From IMG/VR virus record IMGVR_UViG_2778261570_000005, positions 1-6,936 of that record: DNA of 6,936 bases; one strand, given 5' to 3'. Position 1 is the first letter of the stretch, and each line of letters opens with the position of its first letter. This stretch comes from a virus. Its lineage: Duplodnaviria; Heunggongvirae; Uroviricota; Caudoviricetes. The translations under genes were made by a program, and so were the position numbers. The notes under the pieces are model-generated. The model had not been told where the DNA came from and made no database searches. It was given only the letters and a program-made list of their open reading frames with translations. Positions 6,541 to 6,936 of the stretch are shown here, in pieces.

Positions 6541-6936
6541 ATGTCTGTATTAATTTCGGGGGTGCTGACGGATGGCGCGGGACTCCCCATGTCCGGATAC
6601 CATATTATTCTGAAAGCCCGACAGAATACATCCGCAGTGGTCATGAGAACGGTGGCAACAGTGGTGACAGGGTCGGCAGGAGAATATGCATTTGGGGCTC
6701 AGACCGGAAGATATGACGTTTATCTTCGGTCATGTATTGAAAGAGAATATTGTGTTGGTGATATTTCGGTTTACGACGATTCAAAGCCCGGCACACTGAA
6801 CGACTTTCTGACCGCCCTTGATGAAGGCGATTTAAAGCCGGATGTAGTGAAACGCTTTGAGGAAATGGTGGCGCAGGCGCAGCAGAGCGCGGAAGCGGCA
6901 GCGGAAAGCGAACGACAGGCCGGGCAACATGTCGCT
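6541..6936 (+). CDS. tail fibre protein, N-terminal domain homologous to lambdoid side tail fibre Stf; 3'-partial (runs off window end)
   Basis: ATG at 6541 with AGGAAA 7 nt upstream; open for 132 codons to the window end, so absent from the supplied track. MSVLISGVLTDGAGLPMSGYHIILKARQNTSAVV...ISVYDDSKPGTLNDFLTAL...VVKRFEEMVAQAQQSAEAAAE closely parallels the lambda Stf N-terminus as I recall it (MAVKISGVLKDGTGKPVQNCTIQLKA..NSTTVV...ITVYEDSQPGTLNDFL...LRRFELMVEEVARNAS). Confidence 0.8.
   Translation, partial: MSVLISGVLTDGAGLPMSGYHIILKARQNTSAVVMRTVATVVTGSAGEYAFGAQTGRYDVYLRSCIEREYCVGDISVYDDSKPGTLNDFLTALDEGDLKPDVVKRFEEMVAQAQQSAEAAAESERQAGQHVA

Noticed and set aside
6516-6716. 66-aa plus-strand ORF at the gpD/fibre junction
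   Set aside because: Out of frame with the Stf-like fibre ORF that starts at 6541 with a good RBS and clear homology; translation is Gly/Arg-rich and non-protein-like.
690-6936. Search for defence systems, toxin-antitoxin pairs, CRISPR repeats, tRNA or attachment sites
   Set aside because: No direct repeat arrays, no tRNA-like structures and no unassigned ORFs of meaningful size were found; every substantial ORF is accounted for by a tail or IS function, so I do not claim a novel system in this window.

Overview
The window is almost entirely a contractile-tail (myovirus/tailocin-type) structural gene module on the + strand, in the order found in P2-like phages and R-type pyocins: sheath (690-2111), tube (2108-2626), a tail assembly chaperone with a programmed -1 frameshift (2681-2983, extended to 3120), tape measure protein (3101-4753), gpU-like (4756-5244), gpX-like (5219-5437) and gpD-like (5428-6516). 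It ends with the 5' part of a gene whose N-terminal domain resembles the lambdoid side tail fibre Stf (6541-6936, running off the window). Genes are tightly packed and often overlap; the only real intergenic gap (2627-2680) holds a strong intrinsic terminator. The first ~690 bp carry a minus-strand ORF with an IS66-Orf1-like motif, and its putative IS terminus (5'-GTAAGCG on the minus strand, 689..683) abuts the first codon of the sheath ORF, which seems to lack its normal N-terminus and has no ribosome-binding site. I therefore read this as an IS-disrupted, mosaic prophage or tailocin tail module. I found no defence system, toxin-antitoxin pair, CRISPR array or RNA gene. All protein assignments come from reading the translations against remembered family members (P2 FI/FII/E/T/U/X/D, lambda Stf, IS66 Orf1); no database search was run.
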